This document shows positions 52,725-64,000 of a stretch of DNA of 64,000 bases, one piece after another. Every line of letters begins with the position of its first letter. Within the stretch, counting starts at the first letter, position 1. Source of the DNA: Burkholderiales bacterium. GTDB lineage: Bacteria; Pseudomonadota; Gammaproteobacteria; Burkholderiales; SG8-41. The position numbers were made by a program, and so were the translations under genes. The notes below the pieces were generated by a model, which saw nothing but the letters and a program-made list of their open reading frames with translations, had not been told where the DNA came from and did no database searches. The stretch covers positions 5,343-69,342 of the forward strand of contig JAYQOT010000003.1 in the NCBI GenBank assembly GCA_038144955.1. Reading direction: 5' to 3'.

Positions 52725-53555
52725 ATGAACGAGTTCGATTTCACGCGGCCTTCCCAGAGCGAGGTTTACAACGCCAACGTCGCGCGACTGTTTTTTCACG
52801 CCAATGGCCAGACGCGCAGCGTTGCAGCGGGCAACGTGCTGTTCAAGGAAGGCGCTCCCGGCGACTCCATGTATTTCCTGGCCAGTGGCGACATGGCGCT
52901 GACCCGTGGCGGCAAGCCGCTGGACGTGATCAAGGCCGGGGAGGTGCTGGGCGAGATGTCGGTGCTGACCGGTGTGCCGCGCAGTGCCACGGCGACCGCC
53001 AAGTCGGACTGTGAAGTGATCGAAATGAGCGGACCGGTATTTTCCGGGGCCATTCAGAAGTCGCCTGAATTCGCACTGATGCTGCTGGCGATTCTGATCA
53101 AGCGCCTGCGCCTGGCCCTCGCCATGCAGATGCTCGGCAAGGGTGCTGCCGGCGCCAACGAAGCCATTCCAACCTCTGGTGCGGTGTTCGACGCGGCATT
53201 GCTGCAGGAACTCACTTCCAATTTTCCGGCGCGGCCCCCGGTTTACCAGCCCAAGAACGCAGTCATCATGCGCGAGGGCGAGGCCGGCATCTTCATGTAC
53301 GTGGTTATCGACGGCATCATCCGCATCAGCGTAGGCGAGAAGGTGGTCGAACTGGTCAAGGCCGGTGGGGTTTTCGGCGAGATGGCGCTGGTCGACCAGT
53401 CCAAGCGCGCCGCAACTGCGGCTGCATCGGCGGACAGCAACCTGATGTCGATCAACCGCAACGACTTTCTGACGCTGATCAAGACCAACCCGGCTTTCGG
53501 GCTTTCGCTGCTCAAGGCGCTGGCCAACCGCCTGCGCAATACCGGGAAAAAATAA
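52725..53555 (+). CDS. protein with two tandem cyclic-nucleotide-binding (CAP-effector) domains and no output domain
   Basis: Two phosphate-binding-cassette-like segments: GEVLGEMSVLTGVPRSATATA and GGVFGEMALVDQSKRAATAAA. Each is followed by a hinge helix; 276 aa total. Confidence 0.8.
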   Translation: MNEFDFTRPSQSEVYNANVARLFFHANGQTRSVAAGNVLFKEGAPGDSMYFLASGDMALTRGGKPLDVIKAGEVLGEMSVLTGVPRSATATAKSDCEVIEMSGPVFSGAIQKSPEFALMLLAILIKRLRLALAMQMLGKGAAGANEAIPTSGAVFDAALLQELTSNFPARPPVYQPKNAVIMREGEAGIFMYVVIDGIIRISVGEKVVELVKAGGVFGEMALVDQSKRAATAAASADSNLMSINRNDFLTLIKTNPAFGLSLLKALANRLRNTGKK

Positions 53556-53568
53556 ACTCTGCTGTCTT

Positions 53569-54534
53569 TCAGGACTCGCCGGCGATCACGATCGCCTCGA
53601 GTTCCTGGCGCACGTATTCCAGCACCAGGTCGCCGACATTTTCGGCGAGGCAGTCGAACTCGGTGAGATCCTCCATTCCCCGCAGCCAGGTCAACTGGCG
53701 CTTGGCGAGCTGGCGGGTTGCCGCGATGCCCTGTTCGCGCAGTTCCTCGAGGCTGATTTTTCCCGTGATGTGGTCCAACGCCTGTCGGTAGCCGACGCAG
53801 CGCATCGCCGGCGTATCGGGGTCGAGTGCGTATTCATCTTGCAGCCGGCGCACTTCATCGACCAGCCCGGCGGAGAGCATGGCATCGAACCGCGCCGCAA
53901 TACGTTCATGCAGCACCGCGCGGTCGCCAGGCACCAGCGCGATGCGGATCGGGGTGTAGGGGAAATAGACGTATTTGGGTTTCTTCAGCAGGTCGGTCAT
54001 CGACTTGCCGGTGATGTAATAAATTTCCAGCGCGCGCTGGATGCGTTGTGCATCGTTGGGGTCCAGCCTTGCCGCGGTCTCGGGATCGACCTTGCGCAGT
54101 TTGTCGTGGATCGCAGGCCAGCCTTCCTCCTCGGCCATGGTTTCGATGATCAGCCGTATGGCCGAGTCGGCTTCGGGCAAGTCGTTCAGTCCTTCGACCA
54201 GTGACTTGAAATACAGCATCGTGCCGCCAACCAGCAGGGGGATGTTGCCGCGCTCGGTGATTTCGCGCATCAGCGCCAGCGCGTCGTCGCGGAAGCGCGC
54301 TGCGGAATAGCTTTCATGCGGTTCGATGATGTTGATCAGGTGATGCGGCGCGCGCGCCAGCGTTTCGGCGTCGGGTTTGGCGGTGCCGATGTTCATTTCC
54401 CTGTAGATCTGCGCCGAATCGACGCTGATGATTTCGCAGGGCAGCGTGGTGGCGAGCCGGATGGCTATCGCGGTCTTGCCGCTGGCCGTAGGGCCCATCA
54501 CCAGGATGGCTGGCGGTTGCACGGGAGTGGACAT
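53569..54534 (-). CDS. miaA: tRNA dimethylallyltransferase
   Basis: 321 aa with ILVMGPTASGKTAIAI P-loop, ISVDSAQIYREMNIGTAKP and LVGGTMLYFK. Confidence 0.95.
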   Translation of the reverse strand: MSTPVQPPAILVMGPTASGKTAIAIRLATTLPCEIISVDSAQIYREMNIGTAKPDAETLARAPHHLINIIEPHESYSAARFRDDALALMREITERGNIPLLVGGTMLYFKSLVEGLNDLPEADSAIRLIIETMAEEEGWPAIHDKLRKVDPETAARLDPNDAQRIQRALEIYYITGKSMTDLLKKPKYVYFPYTPIRIALVPGDRAVLHERIAARFDAMLSAGLVDEVRRLQDEYALDPDTPAMRCVGYRQALDHITGKISLEELREQGIAATRQLAKRQLTWLRGMEDLTEFDCLAENVGDLVLEYVRQELEAIVIAGES

Positions 54535-54562
54535 AAAAATAATTAATTAAAACATATAGTTA

Positions 54563-56320
<1,758 letters not shown>

Positions 56321-56478
56321 GGACTGATTATAAGGCGTAGGCTGCCTCCGGAACTGCGCGGGGAGTGGTGGTTCCCGTATAATCCCGCCATGTGGAGCGG
56401 CATGCCATGCCGCTCACGGTGTTTCATCCATTCAGGTCCTGCGGACCCTCAACTGAAGGTGCTGGAAAAGGGGAGTTC

Positions 56479-58065
56479 ATGCCTCAGACGATTGGTGTGC
56501 CAAAAGAAACGGCGGCGGGTGAGCGGCGCGTGGCGACCGTTCCTGAAGTCGTAGAAAAACTGATCAAGCTCGGCTTCAAGGTGCGCGTCGAGTCCGGTGC
56601 CGGTGATGCCGCCAACGTCAGCGACGAGGCGTATCGCGCGGCCGGTGCAGAGATTGCTGCGACTGCCGCCGAACTGTGGTCCGGCTCGGACATCGTGTTC
56701 AAGGTGGCTGTGCCGACGGCAGCCGAAGTCGGCCTGCTGCGCGAAGGCGGCACGCTGATCGGTTTTATCTGGCCGGCGCAGAATCCGGAATTGATGCAGC
56801 AGCTTGCTGCGAAAAAAGCTACCGTGCTGGCCATCGATTCGCTGCCGCGCCAGCTCTCGCGCGCGCAGAAGATGGACGCACTGACATCCCAGGCCAGTGT
56901 TGCCGGCTATCGCGCGGTGATCGAGGCAGCCAACGCCTTCGGCCGCTTCTTCAACGGCCAGATAACTGCCGCGGGCAAGCTGCCCCCGGCCAAGGTATTC
57001 ATCGCTGGCGCCGGTGTTGCCGGTCTGGCTGCGATCGGTACCGCCGCGGGGCTCGGCGCCATCGTGCGCGCCAACGACACCCGCGCCGAAGTCGCCGACC
57101 AGGTGGTTTCGCTGGGCGGTGAGTTCGTCAAGGTGGATTACGAGGAAGAAGGCTCCGGCGGCGGCGGTTACGCCAAGGTCATGAGCGAGGGCTTCCAGCA
57201 GGCGCAGCGCGAGATGTATGCGAAGCAGGCGCGCGAGGTGGACATCATCATCACCACAGCGTTGATTCCCGGCAAGCCTGCGCCGCGGCTGATCAATGCC
57301 GACATGGTGAAGTCGATGAAACCCGGCAGCGTGATTGTCGACATGGCGGCGGAGCGTGGCGGCAACTGCGAACTGACCGAACCCGGGCAGGCCGTGGTGA
57401 AGCACGGCGTGACCATCATCGGCTATAGCGATCTCAACTCGCGCCTGGCCAAGCAGTCGAGCACCCTGTATTCGACCAACCTGTTCCGCCTGACGGAGGA
57501 ACTGTGCAAGACCAAGGACGGCGTGATCAACGTCAACATGGAAGACGATGCCATCCGCGGCCTGACGGTGATCAAGGACGGCGGCATTACCTGGCCGCCA
57601 CCGCCGATCAAGATGCCCGCAGCGCCGCCCAAGCCCGCCGCGGCCGCCAAGCCGGTCGAAAAGAAAGGCCACGGCCACGATGTCGGCGGACCGATGCCGG
57701 CAAAGACGCTGGCCATCGTGTTCGGCATCGGCGCGCTGGCATTCTGGTTTGTCGGCGCCTATGCGCCGCCGGCCTTCCTCAACCATTTCACGGTGTTCGT
57801 GCTGGCCTGTTTCGTCGGCTACATGGTGGTGTGGAATGTGACACCGGCGCTGCATACGCCGCTGATGAGCGTGACCAACGCCATCAGCAGCATTATCTGC
57901 ATCGGCGCGCTGGTGCAGGTCGCGCCCCCGGTGGCGGAGGCGGCGGGTTCGCGTCCCGCGGCGTGGATACTGGGGCTGGCAGTGGCCGGCATAGTGCTGA
58001 CTGCGATCAACATGTTCGGCGGCTTCGCGGTGACGCGACGCATGCTCGACATGTTCCGCAAGTAG
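56479..58065 (+). CDS. pntA: NAD(P) transhydrogenase alpha subunit (fused dI + dII-alpha)
   Basis: [15 protein letters not shown]..., the [13 protein letters not shown] Rossmann motif and C-terminal TM helices. Start moved to ATG 56479 after the RBS GGGGAG. Confidence 0.9.
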   Translation: MPQTIGVPKETAAGERRVATVPEVVEKLIKLGFKVRVESGAGDAANVSDEAYRAAGAEIAATAAELWSGSDIVFKVAVPTAAEVGLLREGGTLIGFIWPAQNPELMQQLAAKKATVLAIDSLPRQLSRAQKMDALTSQASVAGYRAVIEAANAFGRFFNGQITAAGKLPPAKVFIAGAGVAGLAAIGTAAGLGAIVRANDTRAEVADQVVSLGGEFVKVDYEEEGSGGGGYAKVMSEGFQQAQREMYAKQAREVDIIITTALIPGKPAPRLINADMVKSMKPGSVIVDMAAERGGNCELTEPGQAVVKHGVTIIGYSDLNSRLAKQSSTLYSTNLFRLTEELCKTKDGVINVNMEDDAIRGLTVIKDGGITWPPPPIKMPAAPPKPAAAAKPVEKKGHGHDVGGPMPAKTLAIVFGIGALAFWFVGAYAPPAFLNHFTVFVLACFVGYMVVWNVTPALHTPLMSVTNAISSIICIGALVQVAPPVAEAAGSRPAAWILGLAVAGIVLTAINMFGGFAVTRRMLDMFRK

Positions 58066-58072
58066 GAGACCG

Positions 58073-59491
58073 ATGATGTCATTCAGTCTAGTCACGGTTG
58101 CCTACATCGGCGCCACCATCCTCTTTATTCTCAGTCTCGGCGGCCTGTCGCATCCGGAAACTTCGCGTCGCGGCAACCTCTACGGCATCATCGGCATGAC
58201 CATTGCCGTGCTGGCGACCATATTCGGACCCCAGGTCACGGCCCAGGGTTACGCCTGGATCATTATTGCCATGGTCATCGGCGGCTCGATCGGTCTCTAT
58301 GCCGCGCGCACCGTCAAGATGACCCAGATGCCGGAACTGGTCGCGCTGATGCACAGCCTGGTCGGGCTTGCCGCGGCACTGGTCGGTTTTGCCACCTACA
58401 TCGATCCCGCGGCCAATGCGGGCATGCAGGGCGCGGAAAAGGTCATCCACGAAGTGGAGATCTATGTCGGCATCCTGATCGGTCTGGTTACGTTCTCCGG
58501 CTCGGTGATTGCCTTTGGCAAGCTCTCCGGCAAGATCGGCGGGAAACCCATGCTGCTGCCCGGGCGGCACTGGCTTAACCTGGCGGGATTGCTGATCGTC
58601 ATTTATTTCGGAGCCCAGTTCATCAAGGCCGGGTCCATCGTTTCCGGCATGCTGCCGCTGGTGGTGATGTCGGTGATCGCGCTGCTGTTCGGCATACACA
58701 TGGTGATGGCCATCGGCGGTGCCGATATGCCGGTGGTGGTCTCGATGCTCAACAGCTATTCGGGATGGGCTGCAGCGGCGACCGGCTTCATGCTCAACAA
58801 TGACCTGCTGATCGTCACTGGCGCGCTGGTCGGCTCCAGCGGTGCGATCCTGTCCTACATCATGTGCAAGGCGATGAACCGCCATTTCATCAGTGTGATT
58901 GCGGGTGGTTTCGGCACCGGCGGTGGTGCACCTGCGGCGAAGGCAGGCGAGCAGCCGGCCGGCGAGGCGGTACCGGTCAGCGCCGCCGAAACTGCAGAGA
59001 TGCTGCGCGAGGCGAAGAACGTGATCATCGTCCCCGGCTACGGCATGGCGGTGGCGCAGGCACAGCATACGGTGTTCGAAATAACGAAACTGCTGCGTGA
59101 GAAGGGTGTAAACGTGCGCTTCGGCATCCACCCGGTCGCCGGTCGCATGCCGGGCCACATGAACGTGCTGCTTGCCGAAGCCAAGGTGCCCTACGACATC
59201 GTCCTTGAAATGGATGAACTCAACGAGGACTTTCCGGATACCGACGTGGCGATGGTCATCGGCGCCAACGACATCGTCAACCCGGCGGCGCAGGACGATC
59301 CATCGAGCCCTATTGCCGGCATGCCGGTGCTGGAAGTGTGGAAGGCCAAGACTTCGGTGGTGATGAAGCGCAGCATGGCTTCGGGTTATGCGGGTGTTGA
59401 TAATCCATTGTTTTATAAAGAAAATAACCGCATGCTCTTCGGGGACGCCAAGAAGATGCTGGACGAAGTGCTGACTGTGCTGAAATCCTGA
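58073..59491 (+). CDS. pntB: NAD(P) transhydrogenase beta subunit
   Basis: 472 aa with an N-terminal polytopic domain and C-terminal dIII ([13 protein letters not shown]...[20 protein letters not shown]...GANDIVNP). Confidence 0.95.
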   Translation: MMSFSLVTVAYIGATILFILSLGGLSHPETSRRGNLYGIIGMTIAVLATIFGPQVTAQGYAWIIIAMVIGGSIGLYAARTVKMTQMPELVALMHSLVGLAAALVGFATYIDPAANAGMQGAEKVIHEVEIYVGILIGLVTFSGSVIAFGKLSGKIGGKPMLLPGRHWLNLAGLLIVIYFGAQFIKAGSIVSGMLPLVVMSVIALLFGIHMVMAIGGADMPVVVSMLNSYSGWAAAATGFMLNNDLLIVTGALVGSSGAILSYIMCKAMNRHFISVIAGGFGTGGGAPAAKAGEQPAGEAVPVSAAETAEMLREAKNVIIVPGYGMAVAQAQHTVFEITKLLREKGVNVRFGIHPVAGRMPGHMNVLLAEAKVPYDIVLEMDELNEDFPDTDVAMVIGANDIVNPAAQDDPSSPIAGMPVLEVWKAKTSVVMKRSMASGYAGVDNPLFYKENNRMLFGDAKKMLDEVLTVLKS

Positions 59492-59508
59492 CCGGGATCC
59501 CCCGTCAT

Positions 59509-59543
59509 AAAAAAACAAGGGCCGCAGTTGCGGCCCTTGTTCA
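59509..59543. terminator. hairpin terminator between convergent genes (stronger on the minus strand)
   Basis: AAAAAAA-CAAGGGCCGC-AGTT-GCGGCCCTTG-TTCATT. Confidence 0.5.
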
Positions 59544-59564
59544 TTGCTGCAGCCTTTTCGCGGC

Positions 59565-60524
59565 TCAGTCGAGGCGAACCTTGGTCTGCCGGACCACGTC
59601 TTTCCAGCGCTGGTCTTCGGAAACCAGCAGCTTGCGGAAGTCTGCGGGACTGCCAATGGCAGAATCGAATGTCAGCGAAGCGAAACGGTCCTTGACTTCA
59701 GGTGCGGCGAGAGCCTTGTTGATCGATTGATTGAGTATCGTAACCACGTTGTTCGGCAGTCCGGCAGGACCGAGAATGCCGTACCACTGGAAACTGACGA
59801 AATCCTTTACGCCCGCTTCCACGAATGTTTGCGTGCCGGGCAGCAGCGGGTGGCGCTGCGGGCTGGTGATTGCCAGCACCTTGAGACGTCCGGCTTTGAC
59901 ATGCGGCATCGCGGCAGGAACGGCGTTCATCACCAGCGGGATCTGGCCGGCTGCGGCATCGGCCAGCGAGGGGCCTCCACCCTTGTACGGCACATGGTTG
60001 AGGGTCAGGCCGGTCTTGAGGCGCAGCCATTCATAGACCAGGTGTGGTCCGCTGGCGAGCCCGCTCGAGCCCATCGCGAGTTTTTCGGTCTGGGCCCGCG
60101 GCATCTTCAGCAGTTCACTCAGGGTGTTGGTATTGAACTTGGGATTTGCAAGCAGGGCCTGCGGCGAGGTGGCCACCAGATTGATCGGTGAGAAGTCCCG
60201 GATCGCGTCATAAGGCGGCTTGGCGTACACCAGCGAATTGATGGTGTGCGGCGCATCGGCAAGAATGATGGTGTGGCCGTCGGCCGGCGCACGCGCCGCG
60301 ATGAGTGTGCCGATCAGCCCGGTAGCGCCGGGGCGGTTGTCGATGACGAAAGTCTGGCCCAGGTATTCGTTCAGCTTGTTGCCGATGGCGCGGCCAGTGA
60401 TATCCGAACCGCCGCCGGGCGGATAGGGCACGATCAGCCGCACCGGCCGGGTCGGGTAGCCGTCGGCTGCGAACAGGGATGGTCCCGCGATCAGCAGGAG
60501 CAGGGGCAGCAGAAAACGGGACAT
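59565..60524 (-). CDS. tripartite tricarboxylate transporter substrate-binding protein (TctC/Bug family), orphan
   Basis: Signal peptide MSRFLLPLLLLIAGPSLFA, then YPTRPVRLIVPYPPGGGSD and NRPGATG Bug motifs. Start moved to ATG 60524. Confidence 0.85.
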   Translation of the reverse strand: MSRFLLPLLLLIAGPSLFAADGYPTRPVRLIVPYPPGGGSDITGRAIGNKLNEYLGQTFVIDNRPGATGLIGTLIAARAPADGHTIILADAPHTINSLVYAKPPYDAIRDFSPINLVATSPQALLANPKFNTNTLSELLKMPRAQTEKLAMGSSGLASGPHLVYEWLRLKTGLTLNHVPYKGGGPSLADAAAGQIPLVMNAVPAAMPHVKAGRLKVLAITSPQRHPLLPGTQTFVEAGVKDFVSFQWYGILGPAGLPNNVVTILNQSINKALAAPEVKDRFASLTFDSAIGSPADFRKLLVSEDQRWKDVVRQTKVRLD

Positions 60525-60639
60525 GACTGTTCTCCTCAGGGCGTGGCGTGTGCGATGGATATCCGCTGTCCAGATTAGCAGCAAGCCCTGCGCTACGGAA
60601 GCGCCGGTCTGCTACCATGCCCGGGAAAAGGGATCACTG

Positions 60640-61785
60640 ATGACCGGCATCGACTGGGCCCGGATCCGGGCCGAATTTCCAGCGCTGGCGAACTGGACCT
60701 ATCTCGACACCGCGCGCAAGACCGTGCCGCCGCGCTGCCAGCAACGCACCATGCAGGAATACTGGCGGGATATTGAGGATACCGCTGGTGCCGACGCCTG
60801 GTCGGCGGAGAACGTAGGCGCTACGCGCGCTGAACTGGCGACCCTGCTTGGAGCAAAACCGGGCGAAATCGCTTTCACCAAGAACACCACCGAGGGCCTC
60901 AACATTGCCGCCCACGCATTCGATCTCCAGCCTGGCGACAACATCGTGCTCACGGACATGGAGCATGTCGCCAATATCTGGGTGTGGAAGCACTGGGAGC
61001 AGAAAGGTGTGGAGATCCGCTTCGCACGCAACCGCGAGGGGCGGCTGCCGACAGCTGCCTTTACCGAGCAGATGGATGCGCGTACGCGGGTGGTTTCCAC
61101 GGCCTATATCACCTACGGCAACGGCTATCGCGTTGATCTGCCCGCACTGGGTGCTGCCTGCCGCGAACGTGATGTGCGGCTGGTGGTTGATGGGGTGCAG
61201 GCTGCAGGGGTGTTGGCTGCGCCGCTGGCCGAACTCGGTGCCGATCTCGTTGCCATCGGCGGCCACAAGAACCTGTTCGGCCTGACCGGATCAGGGATGC
61301 TGTGGTGCCGCGAGGAACTGGTCGACCGCTTGCGCACGCCGTTCATCAAGCCTTCAGAGGGTGGCGTCAAGGCGAAGGCGCACGTCAACAGCCAGTTTGA
61401 TTACGTGCGCACGGCACACCGTTTTGAGGGCGGAAACCCGAATTTTCTGGGGCTGAAAGTCCTCCGCGCCGGAGCAGAATTCATCCGCGGCATCGGATTG
61501 CAGAACATCGAAGCGCGTGTGTGCGAACTGACTTCGCTGCTGATGCGGGAGCTGAAGCAGGCGGGGCTTGCGGTCAATACACCCGACCCGTGGGCTGAAC
61601 GCGCCCAGATCGTCAGCGTACAGGTGGCTGATCCCGGAACGCTGATGCAGAAGCTGCGCGATAAGTATCGCGTGGTGGTCAACGTGAAGGACGATGCGCT
61701 GCGGATTTCTCCCGGGTTCGCCAATGACGAGAGCGATATCGAACGCCTGATGGCAGCGCTGCGCGGGGAAGGTGTAGCGGGTTAA
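60640..61785 (+). CDS. aminotransferase class V-fold PLP-dependent enzyme (cysteine-desulfurase-like)
   Basis: FPALANWTYLDTA start, TTEGLN, and the PLP-lysine region AIGGHKNLFGLTGSG. Start moved to ATG 60640. Confidence 0.8.
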   Translation: MTGIDWARIRAEFPALANWTYLDTARKTVPPRCQQRTMQEYWRDIEDTAGADAWSAENVGATRAELATLLGAKPGEIAFTKNTTEGLNIAAHAFDLQPGDNIVLTDMEHVANIWVWKHWEQKGVEIRFARNREGRLPTAAFTEQMDARTRVVSTAYITYGNGYRVDLPALGAACRERDVRLVVDGVQAAGVLAAPLAELGADLVAIGGHKNLFGLTGSGMLWCREELVDRLRTPFIKPSEGGVKAKAHVNSQFDYVRTAHRFEGGNPNFLGLKVLRAGAEFIRGIGLQNIEARVCELTSLLMRELKQAGLAVNTPDPWAERAQIVSVQVADPGTLMQKLRDKYRVVVNVKDDALRISPGFANDESDIERLMAALRGEGVAG

Positions 61786-61814
61786 GCGGGATGCTGGATC
61801 AATACCAGGCCGGT

Positions 61815-62600
61815 CTACCGGCTGGCAGTGGGGATGGTGCCATCGTTCGCTTGCTTGAAGTGGATGTCCCCGTACCAGGCCTGGGCCTGTTCGCCGGTAT
61901 TGTCGGTATCGGTCATGATGCCCACCGCGGTGATCCGGCCGGGTTCCGCGCCGAAGGCGCGGCGATAGTCCTCATACACGTTGCGCCGGATGTGCTGCCA
62001 GGCGCCGAGATTGCCAACACCTGATTCGGCGACGATCATCTTGATGCGCGAGGTGTGCTGGTTGGCGATCACGGTGCCGCGGGGTGCGCGGTTTTCCCAG
62101 ATATACATCAGGGTGGCATAGGGCAGTTGCTGGCCGGTCAGCAGGTGAACGCTGGATATGAACAGGCGGTCCTGTGCGGGCAGGCTCTCGATGTTGCCGT
62201 CGAAGCTGACCAGCAGCCGCACCGGGGAATCCTCTAGATGCCGCTGGTTATTGTCGGCTCGGGCGATGGGGCGTTCGATTTTCCAGCGCCATTCAATCAA
62301 AGGCTGCTGCCGGGCATCGATGGACAGCGGATGAATCAGGCCCGAAGCCGATGAGCGCGCATCGGCACGCATGACGGTGATGCCATCCTTTTGGACCAAC
62401 CGGTATTCGGTGGGGCGCTTGAATCCGGACAGTACCCATGGTGCCCAGCCGGGTGGCAAAGCATTCCCGGGAGGATGCGCTGAAAAACTGCCGACCTTCT
62501 GCGGGAGTCGGCCCGCAACCGATGCATCGTCAAGCGGCGCCGAGGCACAGCCGGCAACGAGCAGCAGTATGCTGACCGCAACTATCCGGTGTCCGGGCAT
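61815..62600 (-). CDS. DUF3047-family lipoprotein
   Basis: Lipobox LLVAGC, then W..W.....K.PTEY......DG..V..A.A..SASGL...........P...W.WKI, the layout I associate with DUF3047. Confidence 0.6.
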   Translation of the reverse strand: MPGHRIVAVSILLLVAGCASAPLDDASVAGRLPQKVGSFSAHPPGNALPPGWAPWVLSGFKRPTEYRLVQKDGITVMRADARSSASGLIHPLSIDARQQPLIEWRWKIERPIARADNNQRHLEDSPVRLLVSFDGNIESLPAQDRLFISSVHLLTGQQLPYATLMYIWENRAPRGTVIANQHTSRIKMIVAESGVGNLGAWQHIRRNVYEDYRRAFGAEPGRITAVGIMTDTDNTGEQAQAWYGDIHFKQANDGTIPTASR

Positions 62601-62689
62601 CTTTTTTTCCTCCTCCAGCCGCGCTCAGGCGCTTGTTCTATGCAGCGGATTCTAGAGCAATTGATCCGTGGGCAGGAATCCCCTGGGTT

Positions 62690-64000
62690 TCAGGGATTGG
62701 ATACGACCTTGGCGGGTGCCAGTGGCGGGTTCTTCGAGAAATAGCGCTTGATCCCGGTGAAAATCGCTTCTGCCATCCGCCCCTGGTATTCCGGATTGCG
62801 CAGTTTCTGTTCTTCCTCGGGATTGCTGATGAACGCGGTCTCGACCAGGATCGACGGTATGTCCGGTGCCTTGAGCACGGCGAATCCCGCCTGCTCGACG
62901 TAATTCTTGTGCAGCTTGTTGATGTTGCTCATTTCCGAGAGCACGGCCTTGGCCAGTTTCATGCTGTCGTTGATCGAGGCCGTCTGCGACAGATCGAGCA
63001 GCGTCTGCTTCAGGTAGGTGTCCTTGATGCCGAGGTTGACGCCGCCGATCAGGTCGGCGTCGTTTTCCTGCTTGGCCAGCCAGCGCGCCGCCGCCGAGGT
63101 CGCGCCGCGTTCAGACAGGGTGAATACCGATGAGCCGCTGGCCGAGGGCTTGATGAAGGCGTCGGCATGCACCGAGACCAGCAGGTCAGCGCGGATGCGC
63201 CGGGCTTTCTCGACGCGTGCACCCAGCGACATGAAAAAGTCTGCGTCGCGCAACAGCACGGCGCGCATGCCGGGCTCGGCGTCGATGCGTTCCTTCAGCC
63301 GGCGTGAAATGGCGAGCGTGACATTTTTTTCCAGCGTGCCGCGACGACCGCGCGCACCGGGATCTTCGCCGCCATGCCCGGGATCGATGGCGATGGTGAT
63401 CAGCCGCTGCGAGAGCGGTTGCGGTGGCGCCGGCGTGGGTGCTGCATGCGCATCCAGCGGGATGAGCTCGGTGCCGCCGGAGGAGTGGGCCGCCTCGTGT
63501 TTTTTCAGGAATGCCAGCAGCGGATCCGGCGGCTGCAAAGGGTAGATGTCCAGTACCAGGCGGTGGCCGTATTCGCCGACCGGCGCCAGGGCGAAGGTTT
63601 CGGGTTTGACCTGGGTTTTCAGGTCGAACACCAGGCGCACGGTGCCCGGCTTGAAGCGACCGACGCGGACACCTTTCAGATAGGGATCTTCAGTACTGAT
63701 TTTTCCCGATATCTCGTTGAGGGTGGCGCTCAGTGCGACATCGTCGATGTCGAGCACCAGCCGGTCCGGATTGTCGATGCTGAAGAACTTGTAGCGGATC
63801 GCCTGCTGCGATTCGATGGTGATGCGGGTGTAGTCGGGCGCCGGCCATACCCGCGTCGAGGTGACCAGGATATCTGCGGCCCACGCCGTGGCGGCGGCCA
63901 GCGCCAGTGCGGCGCCGGCGAGCAGGGTCAGAATTTTGGGGAAAAGGAGTAACAGCAGCGGACTTGCCGCCGGGCAGATGTCGGGTCTCAGTCTTTCAGT
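62690..64000 (-). CDS. amiC: N-acetylmuramoyl-L-alanine amidase (AmiC-like; AMIN domain + amidase_3), 5' end outside the window
   Basis: Amidase_3 core (ITIAIDPGHGGEDPGA...VSVHADA...FAVLKAPDIPSILVETAFISNPEEE). The reading frame stays open upstream of the listed GTG 63757 through an AMIN domain (TRVWPAPDYTRITIES...PDRLVLDID) and a signal-like segment to the window edge. Confidence 0.85.
   Translation of the reverse strand, partial: TERLRPDICPAASPLLLLLFPKILTLLAGAALALAAATAWAADILVTSTRVWPAPDYTRITIESQQAIRYKFFSIDNPDRLVLDIDDVALSATLNEISGKISTEDPYLKGVRVGRFKPGTVRLVFDLKTQVKPETFALAPVGEYGHRLVLDIYPLQPPDPLLAFLKKHEAAHSSGGTELIPLDAHAAPTPAPPQPLSQRLITIAIDPGHGGEDPGARGRRGTLEKNVTLAISRRLKERIDAEPGMRAVLLRDADFFMSLGARVEKARRIRADLLVSVHADAFIKPSASGSSVFTLSERGATSAAARWLAKQENDADLIGGVNLGIKDTYLKQTLLDLSQTASINDSMKLAKAVLSEMSNINKLHKNYVEQAGFAVLKAPDIPSILVETAFISNPEEEQKLRNPEYQGRMAEAIFTGIKRYFSKNPPLAPAKVVSNP

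Overview
GC-rich chromosomal window that is almost fully coding. I support about 58 protein genes and found no rRNA, tRNA, CRISPR array, transposase or integrase. Gene content and local synteny look like core chromosome of a betaproteobacterium; this is inference from gene order only. Syntenic blocks include hemH-hrcA/nadK-recN, fur/bamE-dapB, carAB-greA, yhbY/rlmE-ftsH-folP-glmM, pstSCAB, dapA-bamC, exbBD-lpxK-ycaR-kdsB-adk, mutL-miaA and pntAB. Housekeeping blocks are interrupted by small accessory islands. These are an arsC-aquaporin pair beside pstSCAB, a LysR/FAH/beta-propeller/oxidoreductase group, GST-FIST-DUF599, two orphan TctC-type binding proteins, and a pyrophosphate-economy cluster (ppa, hppA-pfp, adk). 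The most interesting signal is the 36.5-37.25 kb divergent intergenic region. It contains two oppositely oriented yybP-ykoY (Mn2+) riboswitch-like leaders. One sits in the expected place, upstream of a TerC-family/universal-stress-protein fusion. The other has a textbook overlapping intrinsic terminator and sits upstream of an apparently monocistronic LysR-type transcription factor, which is not a known output for this riboswitch class. Secondary observations are a facing pair of DnaA boxes next to an AT-rich tract, an 18-nt AT-rich motif repeated exactly in two unrelated intergenic regions, a Pho box that overlaps the longest-ORF start of pstS, and several leader or attenuator hairpins. All protein calls come from recognising the supplied translations; no database search was run.
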